Assembly: GCA_963735805.1 (NCBI GenBank)
Contig: CAVTMK010000002.1
Span: forward strand, 1,408,001 to 1,472,000
Reading direction: 5' to 3'
Length of the DNA: 64,000 nucleotides
Source of the DNA: an uncultured Verrucomicrobiae bacterium
GTDB lineage: Bacteria > Verrucomicrobiota > Verrucomicrobiia > Chthoniobacterales > UBA10450
How positions within the stretch are numbered: position 1 is the stretch's first letter; each line of letters begins with the position of its first letter. The position numbers and the translations under genes are program-made. The notes beneath the pieces were generated by a model. The model was not told where the DNA came from and made no database searches. It saw only the letters and a list, made by a program, of their open reading frames with translations. Of this stretch, positions 10,908 to 21,743 are shown piece after piece.

Positions 10908-12125
10908 TCAAGGCGTGAACTTGTAGATGCTTCCGTCGTCATTTTCGCCGCCATGCACCGTGGCGCCGTAAAAGTTTCCGAATACATCTACAACCATGCC
11001 ATTATAGGAAAAGCCGCCGTCCGGAGGGCCTGCGAAGGCATGAACAACAGTCTCGGTCCAATTGCCGCCGCCAGTTGGAGCCAGCTTAAAAATGGCGCCA
11101 CTGCCTAACCCACCTTCACTCGTGGTCCCATAGAGATTGCCATTCTTGTCAAAAACGAGATTACTGATGGGGCTGTTACCGTCTGTTCCTTGTTGAAAGC
11201 TGTAAATTACTTCCTCCGTCCACTCGCCGACAGCTTGTGGCGACAACTTATAAACAGCGCCAATACCATTAGCTCCTCCATAATAGGTCGTACCGTAAAT
11301 GTTGCCTGAGTCATCAAAAAGTAATGCCCCGTATGGAAAACTGCCGTCCGGTTGACCCTGGAAAGTGTAGATTGTTTGGAAATCCCACCCTCCAAGTGCC
11401 TTCGGGGTAAGCTGGAAAATAACTCCGCTTCCGTTACTCCCTCCGGTGGTGGCCGCGCCATAGAGGTGCCCGTCGCGCAAAATCATCCTTCCAGCAGAGC
11501 CGCTCGAGCCATCCGCGCCGCCTGTAAACGCGTGAATAACCTTAAAGGTCAAAGCCCCACTTGATAGCGGACCGATCTTGTAGATCGTGCCCAAGCCATT
11601 TGCGCCGCCGGTAGGAGTCATTCCATAAATATTGCCCGCGCGATCCACTGTAACCCTTGAGCCTGGTCCAGAGCCATCGTCTCCGCCGGTGAATGCATGT
11701 ACCACTTTTTGAGTCCAAGTCCCTTTGATGTTAGTGAGTTTGTAAATAACACCGCATCCGCCTTCGCAGGAACCTGACCCCCCTGTGACTGCGGTGCCAT
11801 ATAGATTACCGTCGCGGTCGAGTGTCACTCCTTTGTACGGCTCGCCTCCATCGGTGCCGCCAGTAAAGCTGTAGAGCACCGCGTGCACCCAGCCATTAGG
11901 AGTGGGACTGAGCTGAAAAACTGTTCCACTTCCAAAATCGCCGCCCAGGACTGTCGTGCCGTAGATGTTACCGGCACTGTCGGTCTCCAAATCGGTGTCG
12001 GCATATTCGCCTTCGTCTTCTTCAAAACTAAAAATGACATCCGTCGTTGTCCCCGTGGCTGCGGTGAGGGAAAGTGCCATCGAAAATATTAAAGCCGCCT
12101 TGTTCAGTTGTTTCAGTAGATTCAT
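10908..12125 (-). CDS. Secreted choice-of-anchor tandem repeat (GloVer-type) beta-propeller protein
   Basis: Signal peptide; repeated F.GG.DG..P...D..GNLYGTT..GG..G.VFKL.P units. Confidence 0.8.
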   Translation of the reverse strand: MNLLKQLNKAALIFSMALSLTAATGTTTDVIFSFEEDEGEYADTDLETDSAGNIYGTTVLGGDFGSGTVFQLSPTPNGWVHAVLYSFTGGTDGGEPYKGVTLDRDGNLYGTAVTGGSGSCEGGCGVIYKLTNIKGTWTQKVVHAFTGGDDGSGPGSRVTVDRAGNIYGMTPTGGANGLGTIYKIGPLSSGALTFKVIHAFTGGADGSSGSAGRMILRDGHLYGAATTGGSNGSGVIFQLTPKALGGWDFQTIYTFQGQPDGSFPYGALLFDDSGNIYGTTYYGGANGIGAVYKLSPQAVGEWTEEVIYSFQQGTDGNSPISNLVFDKNGNLYGTTSEGGLGSGAIFKLAPTGGGNWTETVVHAFAGPPDGGFSYNGMVVDVFGNFYGATVHGGENDDGSIYKFTP

Positions 12126-12950
12126 CGTTGTTCTTTCTTTTCCCCGCCTCTCGTTATTTCTGGAATCGCGGGTCCGGACGAGACGAAGAACCTAGCGGGG
12201 AGAAAAGTCCTCCGCCTTGGTTCAGATCCGCTTTAGCAGCGGCAGAGTTTCGGAAAATTCGCTTCACCTTGTCAAGGCAATTTTCCACAGGCACACACAA
12301 GGGCGTTTAACGCTGAGAGCGTTCACATCTAAACTATGGATATCGTAACTCGGCAATCCGCAATCAGCATTGCGACTCCTCAAGGTAGCCTTGTTACCTA
12401 ATGAGCTGTCGTAGGAGTGAGGTTGCGCTGAAAATGTAGACACCGTGTCAGGGTAGTCCCATGTAATCCTGGCCTGTTAGTCGCTGCCGTAAGTGTTTTG
12501 ACGCGCTATATACGAGATCATTTGAAATTGCGTAAGTGCCGGAAATCCGATTGACTCCGCGATGATCTCTGCGCGGGCGTCTGGTAGGCGGGCGTTTTTT
12601 GCGCAACCAAAGCGAAATGCCTTTGTTTACTTCCTTGTGCAGCGACTGCGAGCACTCAACGGTTCGGGGAGGCGGTCATTGGAGTCCGTGCTTATTCATA
12701 AACATCGTGCTGGGTTTAAGTTCCCGTTTAATTCCTGGCCCTCGCAGTTCGTTGCACCGTTTCTGCGCAACAGAACGCAGCTGCATTTTTCTACCGAACT
12801 GTTCTGTTTGGATGGAATGTACGGCTCTGTCGGTGCGGAATGCTTGACGGGCGTGCGAAGGCAATTCCCGCGATTCAGCACGCAAAATGCATGCTAGCAC
12901 GGCCGCCAACGGGGAAGTGCCTCTTACAATTGATCTGTAAGTCGCCGATC

Positions 12951-13988
12951 TTAGTCCTCGGTAATGATACCAAAGAGACCGTGTTCTTCGTCGGCGATTC
13001 CAGCGGTGAAAAAGACTCCGTCTCCCAGAGGAAGAAGGTCCCATAGCCCTTCAAATTGGAGCTGGGTGCCATCAGCGCGCATCAGCGTTTCGATGAAGGT
13101 GCCCGTGTTCGGATCGTAATTATTGATGAGGCCATCACCGAAATTGCCGACCCAGAGTTCGTCTTCTACCAGCGCCAAACCCCATGGGGAATTAAGATTT
13201 CCGTTTGAAACCAGCCGTCTTAGGAAATTGCCACTGGTGTCAAACACATTGATAAAGCCGTGACCCGGACCGGGAACGTCATCCTCCCTGGCGTGGTCTT
13301 GCAGTGCGTAAGTCACAAAAATCTCGCCGTTGAATTGCCGGATGCCGAACGGCGCGTATCCCGTAGGAAGATTTCGATCTACGAAACCGTTACGGTTAAC
13401 CTGATGAAAATTCTCATCGTAAGTTTCTACCTTTCCCGTGTGAAAGTCCGTTACATATAAGAAATTATGACCATTGGCCACACCGAGGGTTGCGCCTTTA
13501 TAGATAGCGCTGTTGCGGCCATGGTTCCTGCCGTTGTCGACCGCGATGATTGCGTTTGTCGGATCCACATTTGGGTTCCACCCCGAGATGGAACCGTCTT
13601 CGCTGACAAAAATAAAGAGTGCCGGCGCCGAGATTCCATTCTTTGTGACTTGAAAGAACTGCGTGCCGTTGAAGACGACCCCAGTTGGATTCCCTGTCCC
13701 TCGGTTTCGGGCAGAGGTTGGAATTGTCACGACTAGCGAACGTGCCGTGCCGTCTTGGCCGTAAAGGGTAGAAACACCAGTGCCATTGTCACTGACCCAG
13801 ATTGTACCGTTGGCAGACACGGCCATTCCCCACGGATTGACCAGGTTGTCGTCGATGTGCTGGGCTACTCCGGCGATGTCGGACTGGAAGTTTGTCCACG
13901 AATAGGTATCCCCGCGCGCGGACGCGACCGCTAGAATTCCTACTGTAGATAGAAGAAGAGCAGTTTTACAAAGATAAGTTGTTTTCAC
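12951..13988 (-). CDS. TIGR03118 family secreted protein
   Basis: LVNPWG, WVSDNGTG, YAPFGI, LNSPWG, VGNFGDG, FFTAGIADEEHGLFG; GTG start inferred. Confidence 0.8.
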   Translation of the reverse strand: MKTTYLCKTALLLSTVGILAVASARGDTYSWTNFQSDIAGVAQHIDDNLVNPWGMAVSANGTIWVSDNGTGVSTLYGQDGTARSLVVTIPTSARNRGTGNPTGVVFNGTQFFQVTKNGISAPALFIFVSEDGSISGWNPNVDPTNAIIAVDNGRNHGRNSAIYKGATLGVANGHNFLYVTDFHTGKVETYDENFHQVNRNGFVDRNLPTGYAPFGIRQFNGEIFVTYALQDHAREDDVPGPGHGFINVFDTSGNFLRRLVSNGNLNSPWGLALVEDELWVGNFGDGLINNYDPNTGTFIETLMRADGTQLQFEGLWDLLPLGDGVFFTAGIADEEHGLFGIITED

Positions 13989-14106
13989 AGGTGTGATGAT
14001 TGGGTTGACGCATGGAGAATCGCACCCATCCATGTCGGCTGGCGTATCGGAAAGGTAACGTCTTTGTTACTTTGCAGCGACCATCTGTTAAATGCAGCAA
14101 TCCTGG

Positions 14107-14130
14107 TGTAGCCACGGCGCATGTCGCCGT
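14107..14130 (+). repeat. GTAG-type REP-like hairpin
   Basis: TGTAGCC-ACGGCG-catgt-CGCCGT; sibling at 37893. Confidence 0.55.
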
Positions 14131-14211
14131 GCCGCCATGGGTAAGACATGTAACAGCGCTTCAACACCGCGAGGCTGCTACCACATTAGTGGCGTGCCAG
14201 GGACGCGAATG

Positions 14212-14874
14212 TTAGCGGGAATCGATGGTGTAACCTACGTGGCGCACTGTATGAATCAGCGGGGGATCACCAATTTTCTTCCGCAGCCGGCCGATGAAAA
14301 CTTCGACAAGTTTGGTGTCATACTCATGTGCATGTTCCCAAACCCGTTCGCATAGCTCCGTCCGGGTGAAGACACGGCCAGGCTCACGCATCAATACCTT
14401 TAATAACATCAGTTCACGGGGAGACAGCTCGATGCGTTGTGCTTTACGGTAAACATTGTGAGTAGCCAGATCGAGTGTGAGATCGCCTACGCGCAAGGAC
14501 ATGGTTGGTTCTTCAGGATAACGGCGTCCCAGCGCCCGCACGCGGGCAACCAGCTCCTGCATGGAGAATGGCTTAGGCAGGTAATCATCAGCGCCAAGCC
14601 GCAATCCGGTTACTCGATCATCGACAGCGCCACGTGCAGTCAATAGCAATACCCGACTAGCCAGGTGTTGCGCGCGCATGCGGCGCAGCACCTCGAATCC
14701 ATCAATTCCTGGCAAGCCGATGTCTAGCACAATCAGATCGAAAGGCGCCTTTCTTACTTCGTCTAATGCAGTTTCGCCATCGTGAACCTTGCTCGGATCA
14801 TGGCCAGCTTCTGTGAGCGCCGAAGCGATTTGGCGCGCCACTAGGACTTCATCTTCGATAATCAGGATGCGCAT
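14212..14874 (-). CDS. OmpR-family response regulator
   Basis: IIEDE, LDIGLPG, GADDYLPKPF, winged helix ending IHTVRHVGY. Confidence 0.92.
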   Translation of the reverse strand: MRILIIEDEVLVARQIASALTEAGHDPSKVHDGETALDEVRKAPFDLIVLDIGLPGIDGFEVLRRMRAQHLASRVLLLTARGAVDDRVTGLRLGADDYLPKPFSMQELVARVRALGRRYPEEPTMSLRVGDLTLDLATHNVYRKAQRIELSPRELMLLKVLMREPGRVFTRTELCERVWEHAHEYDTKLVEVFIGRLRKKIGDPPLIHTVRHVGYTIDSR

Positions 14875-14898
14875 CGATTTTTAAAGAAGACTAAAGCA

Positions 14899-16116
14899 TT
14901 AGAAACGAACGGTAAATTGTGCGGCCAGTAGATGATTGTCCTCGCCAGGTCCGGTTGTCTCATGCTGGTAATCATACTGCAACTTTAACTGCGTGTGTGA
15001 AGTGAAGCGATAGGCTACGGCGACGTCGATCCTGCCGAGGTTTGGATTCCAGCTCACGCTTGGAGCCGACGGAACAGGCACATCGCCGAAGAGTTGTTGG
15101 TTCCAGCGGACCGCACCGAAAAATTGCGGCGTAAATTTGTATTTCACTTCAACATAATAGGCGAACGTGTCTGCGTTTCCGACTCGGGGCACTTCAAAGC
15201 GCGCTTCGTAAAATTCTGCCCATACTTGCAAATGATGCCAGGCGAAACTGGCGTCCTGACCAAGAACGAATTCCCGGTAATCACCGATGTCACGTCCGGG
15301 TGGGAGCGTAGGTTGGGCCTCGCGCCGAAAATATGGTCCCTCGCTCGCGGAGAAGCCAAAATTCCACGCCTCGTTAGGTCGGAAACCGAGACGGCCGCTG
15401 AAAGTTGGCGGGTCGAAACCGCTCTCAGCAACGGTCCACGATTCTGGTCGGGACGACAACGACGCGTTCTTCATTTCCACGGCGTAATCAAATCGGTCCA
15501 GGCGCCCAGACACGGAAACGCCACTTGCATAGCTAGGTCCCCAAATCACCGGATTGAACACATACTTTTTGTAGCTGTAAGGCCCGTAGATAAAGTCGAA
15601 TACTGAAAACGGAGCGGATTTGTCCCGAATTGCCGTGACGTTTTCGTAAACTAACGGCGCGTTGATGAATGGATTCTCCCAGGAGAGATGGCGCGGCACC
15701 CAGTTACCTACGACCGTGGCAAACTTGCCGATTTGCGCGGTAAAGCGAGTATCGTCCCATGGCGTCACGCGCAGAGCATATTCGTCGAGGCGGATTTCAG
15801 CGCCGTGATCGCTCGGGTCAAACCCGCGATCGAGCCGGGATTGCGCAAAGAAATAAATATGTGAGCCGATTTGCGCGTCGAGAAAGAGCGTCAAACGCGG
15901 GTTAAACAGAGTGTCGATTTCGCTGTCGATGAGGCCAGGCGCCGGCTGCTCGAAATTGTAGATTTCCAAATCGAGAGTGCCGCTCAATCGTGCGCGCAGA
16001 TTATTTTGAAATGCCGACATCGTAAGCGCAGTGTCGAGCCGGTCGAAATAATCATCGATATCCAACGCGTATGCCGTGCAAGCAAAAACGCACAGGCTGA
16101 GGACGCGCACCTTCAT
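14899..16116 (-). CDS. Outer-membrane beta-barrel/porin-like protein
   Basis: Signal peptide, alternating strands, C-terminal FTVRF; overlaps kinase stop. Confidence 0.65.
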   Translation of the reverse strand: MKVRVLSLCVFACTAYALDIDDYFDRLDTALTMSAFQNNLRARLSGTLDLEIYNFEQPAPGLIDSEIDTLFNPRLTLFLDAQIGSHIYFFAQSRLDRGFDPSDHGAEIRLDEYALRVTPWDDTRFTAQIGKFATVVGNWVPRHLSWENPFINAPLVYENVTAIRDKSAPFSVFDFIYGPYSYKKYVFNPVIWGPSYASGVSVSGRLDRFDYAVEMKNASLSSRPESWTVAESGFDPPTFSGRLGFRPNEAWNFGFSASEGPYFRREAQPTLPPGRDIGDYREFVLGQDASFAWHHLQVWAEFYEARFEVPRVGNADTFAYYVEVKYKFTPQFFGAVRWNQQLFGDVPVPSAPSVSWNPNLGRIDVAVAYRFTSHTQLKLQYDYQHETTGPGEDNHLLAAQFTVRF

Positions 16117-17882
16117 GCAACTGCATTAGCACCATTCGCAGCCGGGAAGCGCACCTCAAATTCGGTCCAATCATTTTCAGAACTAACCAGACGCAGATCA
16201 CCGCCATGCAGCCGCGCCAGCTCGCGCGCCAAATTCAAACCGATTCCGTGACCTGACGCGGCCGACGGGGTGGAGCGGTGGTGAAACCGCTCGAAGATAT
16301 TTTCACCGGGCGAGATTGGGCGGCCGGTGTTCCCAATAGACAGGACAATATCCGTGCGGTTGGCGCGTGCGCTGACTCGGATTCGTCCATCGGGCCGGTT
16401 GTACTTTCGTGCGTTTTCAAGGAGGTTTTGCACAATGAGCGACGTATACTGTTTTTCGCCAGCCACAAACAGGGCAGCCGGAAATTCTTTGTCGATCTTC
16501 ACGTTCGGCGAATCCGGGAGAGCGCTGAGGTCATCGAGCCATTCATCAACTAGTTTACTAAGATCCACTGGTGCAGATGCAATTTGAAGATGACCAGCAT
16601 CCATTCGCGACAAAAGAAGCAAGTCGTCGATCACACCAGTTAAGCGGTGCGTCTGATGGAGCAGACCTGAGAGATGTTCGTAGACGTCCGGCTTGAAATC
16701 TTCGTGCCTCAATAGTGATTCTATGCCCACACGAAGAACGGTAACTGGGCTTTTCAATTGATGAGAAGCATCAGCCGAATACCGGGTAGATCTTTGCAAT
16801 TCTTCAGTAGTCGAGGCGAGCGCGGCTTCGGCGCGTTGTCGCTGTGCGCGATCTTCCTCCGAATCCACTGCGAGCTTCTTCACTGGCGCCGAAAACTTGA
16901 GCGCTACAAAATGACTTGCGACAAAACCTCCCAATAAAAGAAGCGCGCCCGCTCCGCCGATCTGCCAGCGAAGCCGATCTAACTGTGCAATCGAATACCC
17001 CAGCGGATAAACGCAAATCTCGTAAGCGGCCGGAAAGAGCGAACCAGGATTAAGCCGCTTGTAAAACAATAGGTTAGGCGCGCCATCGACATTGACGCGA
17101 AAGTTGTCTTGGTCGCGGTCAGAATTCGTGACCGCACTGGATATCTTTTCGTCGAGCGACGTTCGCGCAGATTTTGGGAGCGACGGTAAATGCAATTGGC
17201 CATTTACCCAGACGCCACTTTTCATCCCCACGTCGGTGTGTTTCTCTCCAACCTCAAGTGGTTTGAACCCGATGACCAGCGCAGAGATGACGTCGCCTGT
17301 GTAGCTTGAAAAGATCGGCACAGCTATCAATTCGTCGATCGTTCCTCTGTCGATTTCAGTATTTCGCCGGATGTAACCGATTTGCTGCGTCTCAGGCAAT
17401 TTGCTCAAATTCAGCTGCGCTTCTGTTTTTTGATCCAGTTGGCCAACATCGTAGGGATTTGGCGGTTTGATGACCTGGCCTGAACTGTCTAGAAAGCGAT
17501 AAAATCTCGCGTGAAGCGATTGCGTCGCCCGCTCCGGCGGGGGTTCATCGCCTTCCATTAAATCGCGCAATTCGTCCTTCGCGCTCGGATACAGCAGGTC
17601 GATTGCATTGTCCTCCATGGCTGCGTGGATCCGTGGCTTAGCCGCAAGCACATTGCAACGCTCCGCCAATGCTGCGTGGCGTAATTCTTCGAGCTTGTGC
17701 AGCGAGGAGAGTTCGGCTTGGAAATTCTCCTGCAAATTTCGTTCCGCATCGGCGGTCACCTTGCGCTGCGCAAGGTACAGACCCAAAGCGGTTAGCGTCG
17801 CCACGATGATCATCATGGCGGTGAACAACCGGGCTCGAAAGCTTGCCACGCTTTCGCTTCTCGCATGGACCGTCGAACTCAT
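16113..17882 (-). CDS. Sensor histidine kinase
   Basis: 2 TM, H-box ADASHQLKSP, N-box NLLENARKY, GHGIGL. Confidence 0.9.
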   Translation of the reverse strand: MSSTVHARSESVASFRARLFTAMMIIVATLTALGLYLAQRKVTADAERNLQENFQAELSSLHKLEELRHAALAERCNVLAAKPRIHAAMEDNAIDLLYPSAKDELRDLMEGDEPPPERATQSLHARFYRFLDSSGQVIKPPNPYDVGQLDQKTEAQLNLSKLPETQQIGYIRRNTEIDRGTIDELIAVPIFSSYTGDVISALVIGFKPLEVGEKHTDVGMKSGVWVNGQLHLPSLPKSARTSLDEKISSAVTNSDRDQDNFRVNVDGAPNLLFYKRLNPGSLFPAAYEICVYPLGYSIAQLDRLRWQIGGAGALLLLGGFVASHFVALKFSAPVKKLAVDSEEDRAQRQRAEAALASTTEELQRSTRYSADASHQLKSPVTVLRVGIESLLRHEDFKPDVYEHLSGLLHQTHRLTGVIDDLLLLSRMDAGHLQIASAPVDLSKLVDEWLDDLSALPDSPNVKIDKEFPAALFVAGEKQYTSLIVQNLLENARKYNRPDGRIRVSARANRTDIVLSIGNTGRPISPGENIFERFHHRSTPSAASGHGIGLNLARELARLHGGDLRLVSSENDWTEFEVRFPAANGANAVA

Positions 17883-18523
17883 GGGAAATCAACGTGCAGC
17901 GTCTGGCCGTTTTTCAAGTCCACCGCTTTTTCTCGCGTAGTTCTACTGTCTACCCACGCCTTAAGCGTGTAGTGACCTGCAGGAAGTCCGCTCAATCGAA
18001 AGCGGCCGGCCGTATCGGTCATCACAAAGTATGGAGTGTTCAAAACGAGGATCAGACCGCGCATGTGTTCGTGAATGTCGCATCGAAGCGTGACCAACCC
18101 CGGCTTATCGAAAACTTGGAACGGGATAGGGCGCTCCTCCGGTCGATAGCGGCCCAGATCAAATCGTTTGGTGGGCGAGTACGAAAAGATGTTGTGGTAC
18201 GTGTCGTCAAGATTCGGAAACTCAACCTTGGTTCCAACCCGGATCGGGAGAAGCGCTGGAAGGAACGTCAAATCCTTTTGCGCAACCTGTTTTGTCGGCA
18301 GCGAAGCTGGTTTCGAAAACGCGCCGTCGAGATAAACTACGGCCAGAGGCGGTTCGGTGGAAAGGACGCCCGCTTTGGTAACAATCTCGTAGCGTTTTGC
18401 CTGGACTGGGGGCGAATTGGATTTTGGAAGTTCTATACGCCCTTCAACGACTGCGCCCCCAAAAAGCGCAACGGGCATGATGGAAAATACTGCGTTAAAC
18501 CACAGTAACCCGCGCAAGCGCAT
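17879..18523 (-). CDS. Periplasmic cupredoxin-like plus carboxypeptidase-regulatory-like domain protein
   Basis: VEFPN.D..YHNIFS, CDIHEHM, TDTAGRFRLSGLPAGHYTL. Confidence 0.75.
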   Translation of the reverse strand: MRLRGLLWFNAVFSIMPVALFGGAVVEGRIELPKSNSPPVQAKRYEIVTKAGVLSTEPPLAVVYLDGAFSKPASLPTKQVAQKDLTFLPALLPIRVGTKVEFPNLDDTYHNIFSYSPTKRFDLGRYRPEERPIPFQVFDKPGLVTLRCDIHEHMRGLILVLNTPYFVMTDTAGRFRLSGLPAGHYTLKAWVDSRTTREKAVDLKNGQTLHVDFP

Positions 18524-18655
18524 TTTGCCATCCAGTGTAGCAGGCGTTTCAATAATCGGAAAGTGTTTGGTAGTGCCGGCGCTCGGCTCTGTTGAGCCGA
18601 CCGAGGCAGACCGGTGTTCCAGGACGCTGTCCCTGCCACGGTTGTGCGGCAATAT

Positions 18656-21139
18656 TCACCTTTTCGATTCAATCGCCGCCATGGCCGGTAGAGCGAAGAA
18701 AATCGTTGCGATAAGGCTCCAGAAGATCCCAATGGCACACGCGACACCGAGACTGGTAAGCGCCGGATTTCGGGCAAGAGCAAGCGAAGCAAACCCGCTC
18801 ACCGCGGTCAATCCCGCGAGAAGGACGGGCTTCACTACGCCGGCAACATCGTGCTCGATGTCACGCGTCTTTTGCCAGACCAGTACAACATATATTCCGT
18901 AGTCCACCCCGATTGCCAGCACGAGTCGGAACGCAAGTACATTGAGAAGATTCAAATTAATGTGAAGCAGCTTCATCGAAGCGATCATGGCTCCAATTCC
19001 GAACGCAAGCGTGATAACCTGGATCAGCCACAAACGAAAATTCCGATACAAGAGCGCCAACAACGAGATGTCGAAGATCGCCATCAGCGCGCTGATGATC
19101 AGGAGTTGGTGATGAGACCACGGCTGCAGATCGGCGAGCGCGTAGGTCCAACCTGAGAGAATCATGGGAACTCCGGCGACTTGCAGGTCGCGGTTTAGCT
19201 CTTCGCTCTGGGCGTGCGTTGAAATCGGGTGGTTGGTGGTAACGAATCCCGTTGTCAGTGCCGGATCGTGACCGAAGTAGCGATCAACCAGGAACCACCA
19301 GCTGGATGATTTGGGTAGCTGATTGCGCCAGTTTGGCAAAGGCACATTGGGATTCGTAAGCCGTTGTAAATCGTCAAGCAATGTGAACGCCGGGACGAAC
19401 GATTCCTGGCTGAATCCTTCAGCGTCCAGGGTTTGTTCCAACGTCTGGCGCGCTCCCGAAAAATCGACTGCGCTTAACTGCCGCCGATTTGTTTCCATCC
19501 ATTTAGGCGAAAGACAAAGAGCGGCGGGAGTGGAGAAGCCTTTGATTTTTCCCGCTGCCTGGAGATCCCGCCAGTGGACGATAACTTTTTGCCAGTAATC
19601 ATGTAGTTCCTGCGCATTCACCGAGCGTACAATCGCCAGCACGGGCTCCCAACGTACCGGCATTGTGCGCATGATTTTCTCGAGTGCCTGGCTTGCGCTA
19701 ATGTTTTTCGGTTGCAGCGAACGGGGATTTGCTTCGAACTGAAGCGGAGGAATTGGCGAAAAGCCAAACGCGGTCAGGACCAACAGGAACGTGGTGGAAA
19801 AAATCAGTATTGGTAGTGGCTTTCGCACAGTCCGACGCACGTAGTTTCTTACGCTCTCGAACAGCCAATCATGACGAATCGGCTCCTGTCGCTCTCGAAC
19901 GAACAAAAACAAAATCGAACACATAAAGAGTCCGGCAACGAAAATGCCGATGGCAATCAGCACGCCAAGCTGTGAGAAAGCCATGGAGCCACTTAGGACC
20001 AGGGCGAGAAAGCCGACCGCTGTGGTAAGTGCACCGAAGAAAACCGCGCGTCCAAGTTTTGCTATCGACGTCGCGATTGCCTGACGATGCGGTTCTCCAT
20101 CAGAACGCGCCTGCTGATAGCGTCCGACCGTCAGAATTGCGAAATCGACTCCCAGTCCGACCAAAATCGCGCAAAACCCGACGCTGATCATGCTGAGCCG
20201 TCCGAAAAGAAGTTGCCCGAGAGTTAGAGCGACCAGACAGGAAAGGAGAAGGCAAACAGCCATGCCCAGTAGCGGAAGCCAGCGGCGAAAACCGACAAAG
20301 AAAATTGTGCCTACCAATAGAACCGAGCCAAGCAATGTCGCCAGGACATCATAGCGCATGCTGAGCGAAATTTCGGATGCGAAGGCCGAGCGTCCGGTTA
20401 CGAGGACCTGCAGCGGTCCGCCATTCCATCCCTCTGCGGCGACCTCTCGAAACCTGTTTACTTCGCGCATCAAACGCTGACATTCAAAGGCGCTGATCGA
20501 CTTCTGATTGGTCTCCACCAGGAAAACGCGCATCGTGCGGTCTGGCGACGCGAGTGGTTGCTCCTGTTCAATGATAGTGCTTTCTGCAAAAGGTTTCAGT
20601 GCCGGAGCAATCAGACCGAGTGGATCAAACGAAAGCTCGAACTCCGGGCGCGGTGAACCCGCTTCGATCTCTTGGCGCAAACGATGAAGACGATCACGGA
20701 TTTTTTCCGGTTGCAGGACGGACATCGTCCCACGAAAGGCGTTCGGTTCCAGATTAAGAAGCAGGGGCACCGCGATGGATTGAAGGTCGTGAATTCCGTC
20801 AGGCGTGGACATCGGCGAACCGGCGAGCACGCGGGCGCACCAGGGTTGCTGTCGCAGTCTTTCGGCGAACACTGGAGCGAGCTCCTCGAGTTTGTCTACG
20901 TCGTTCGGCTCGCACAAGAGCGCAAAGGTGAGCTCCCGCGTTTGCTCGAAATCGCGATCGTAGATCTTGAGACCTTGCACCGACGAAAACTTCCCGGGCA
21001 ACACATTGAAGATTTCGGAATCAAGTTGTAGCGAGGTAATGAGAATTGTGATGCAGACAACTGTCAGCGCAGCCACACAACACCACGCCAGTGTTCGTCT
21101 ATGAGTAATAGTTCGGGCTGTGAAGTCACTAATGCGCAT
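18656..21139 (-). CDS. MMPL/RND-family lipid exporter
   Basis: Two TM clusters with GLGVDFAI and AIGVDYGI; TTAVGF. Confidence 0.85.
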   Translation of the reverse strand: MRISDFTARTITHRRTLAWCCVAALTVVCITILITSLQLDSEIFNVLPGKFSSVQGLKIYDRDFEQTRELTFALLCEPNDVDKLEELAPVFAERLRQQPWCARVLAGSPMSTPDGIHDLQSIAVPLLLNLEPNAFRGTMSVLQPEKIRDRLHRLRQEIEAGSPRPEFELSFDPLGLIAPALKPFAESTIIEQEQPLASPDRTMRVFLVETNQKSISAFECQRLMREVNRFREVAAEGWNGGPLQVLVTGRSAFASEISLSMRYDVLATLLGSVLLVGTIFFVGFRRWLPLLGMAVCLLLSCLVALTLGQLLFGRLSMISVGFCAILVGLGVDFAILTVGRYQQARSDGEPHRQAIATSIAKLGRAVFFGALTTAVGFLALVLSGSMAFSQLGVLIAIGIFVAGLFMCSILFLFVRERQEPIRHDWLFESVRNYVRRTVRKPLPILIFSTTFLLVLTAFGFSPIPPLQFEANPRSLQPKNISASQALEKIMRTMPVRWEPVLAIVRSVNAQELHDYWQKVIVHWRDLQAAGKIKGFSTPAALCLSPKWMETNRRQLSAVDFSGARQTLEQTLDAEGFSQESFVPAFTLLDDLQRLTNPNVPLPNWRNQLPKSSSWWFLVDRYFGHDPALTTGFVTTNHPISTHAQSEELNRDLQVAGVPMILSGWTYALADLQPWSHHQLLIISALMAIFDISLLALLYRNFRLWLIQVITLAFGIGAMIASMKLLHINLNLLNVLAFRLVLAIGVDYGIYVVLVWQKTRDIEHDVAGVVKPVLLAGLTAVSGFASLALARNPALTSLGVACAIGIFWSLIATIFFALPAMAAIESKR

Positions 21140-21206
21140 AAACGAGCCAACATTGAACACGAATCGCCGCCGGTACGCCAATGCTGTAGGTAAACGTAAT
21201 TTTGGC

Positions 21207-21228
21207 AACGCGTTGAGGACAACGCGTT
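21207..21228 (-). repeat. REP-like hairpin (GTTGTCCT-N-AAC core)
   Basis: Minus strand AACGCGTT-GTCCTC-AACGCGTT; same core as 33871-33897. Confidence 0.5.
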
Positions 21229-21320
21229 TTATCTTCTCCGTTTGCTGGATCGACCTCTCGGAAAACTATGGGTAGGCGTTCCGCCGAGCTCTCAATCCCT
21301 GCGTTGAACATTTACGACTT

Positions 21321-21743
21321 TCAAAAACGGAATTCGAAGGTCTCGTCACCAGCGACGTATCTCAGGGTATTTCTATCCGGCGCCTGAAGAAATCGATCTC
21401 GTAACCCGAGCCAACCGCGCAGTTGCAGCGGGGCTTGTTCTACGGGACCGGACCACCCCTGCTGAGTCAATCCTCCTTTAACTTCAGCGAAGGTCGCATC
21501 CTGGCGCAGCGAAAGGAGCGTGATGCCGGGACCTTTCGAGACAGTTAACTCGAAGCCACCGGTTTTGGAAAAGCGGACGAGCGCTTCGCCAATGAGCGTT
21601 GTTCCTGGTGCGCGATACATGAGCTGGCCGCTCCTGGTTTGCCAATTTGGATTTGGATTATAAAATTCGTGATCTGAAATAGTTGCGCAACTTATTATGC
21701 AAAACAAGGTAATCGAAAAAAGGGTGACAAACCTTAGAGCCAT
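21321..21743 (-). CDS. Lipoprotein, hypothetical
   Basis: GAGGAG RBS; lipobox IISC. Confidence 0.65.
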   Translation of the reverse strand: MALRFVTLFSITLFCIISCATISDHEFYNPNPNWQTRSGQLMYRAPGTTLIGEALVRFSKTGGFELTVSKGPGITLLSLRQDATFAEVKGGLTQQGWSGPVEQAPLQLRGWLGLRDRFLQAPDRNTLRYVAGDETFEFRF

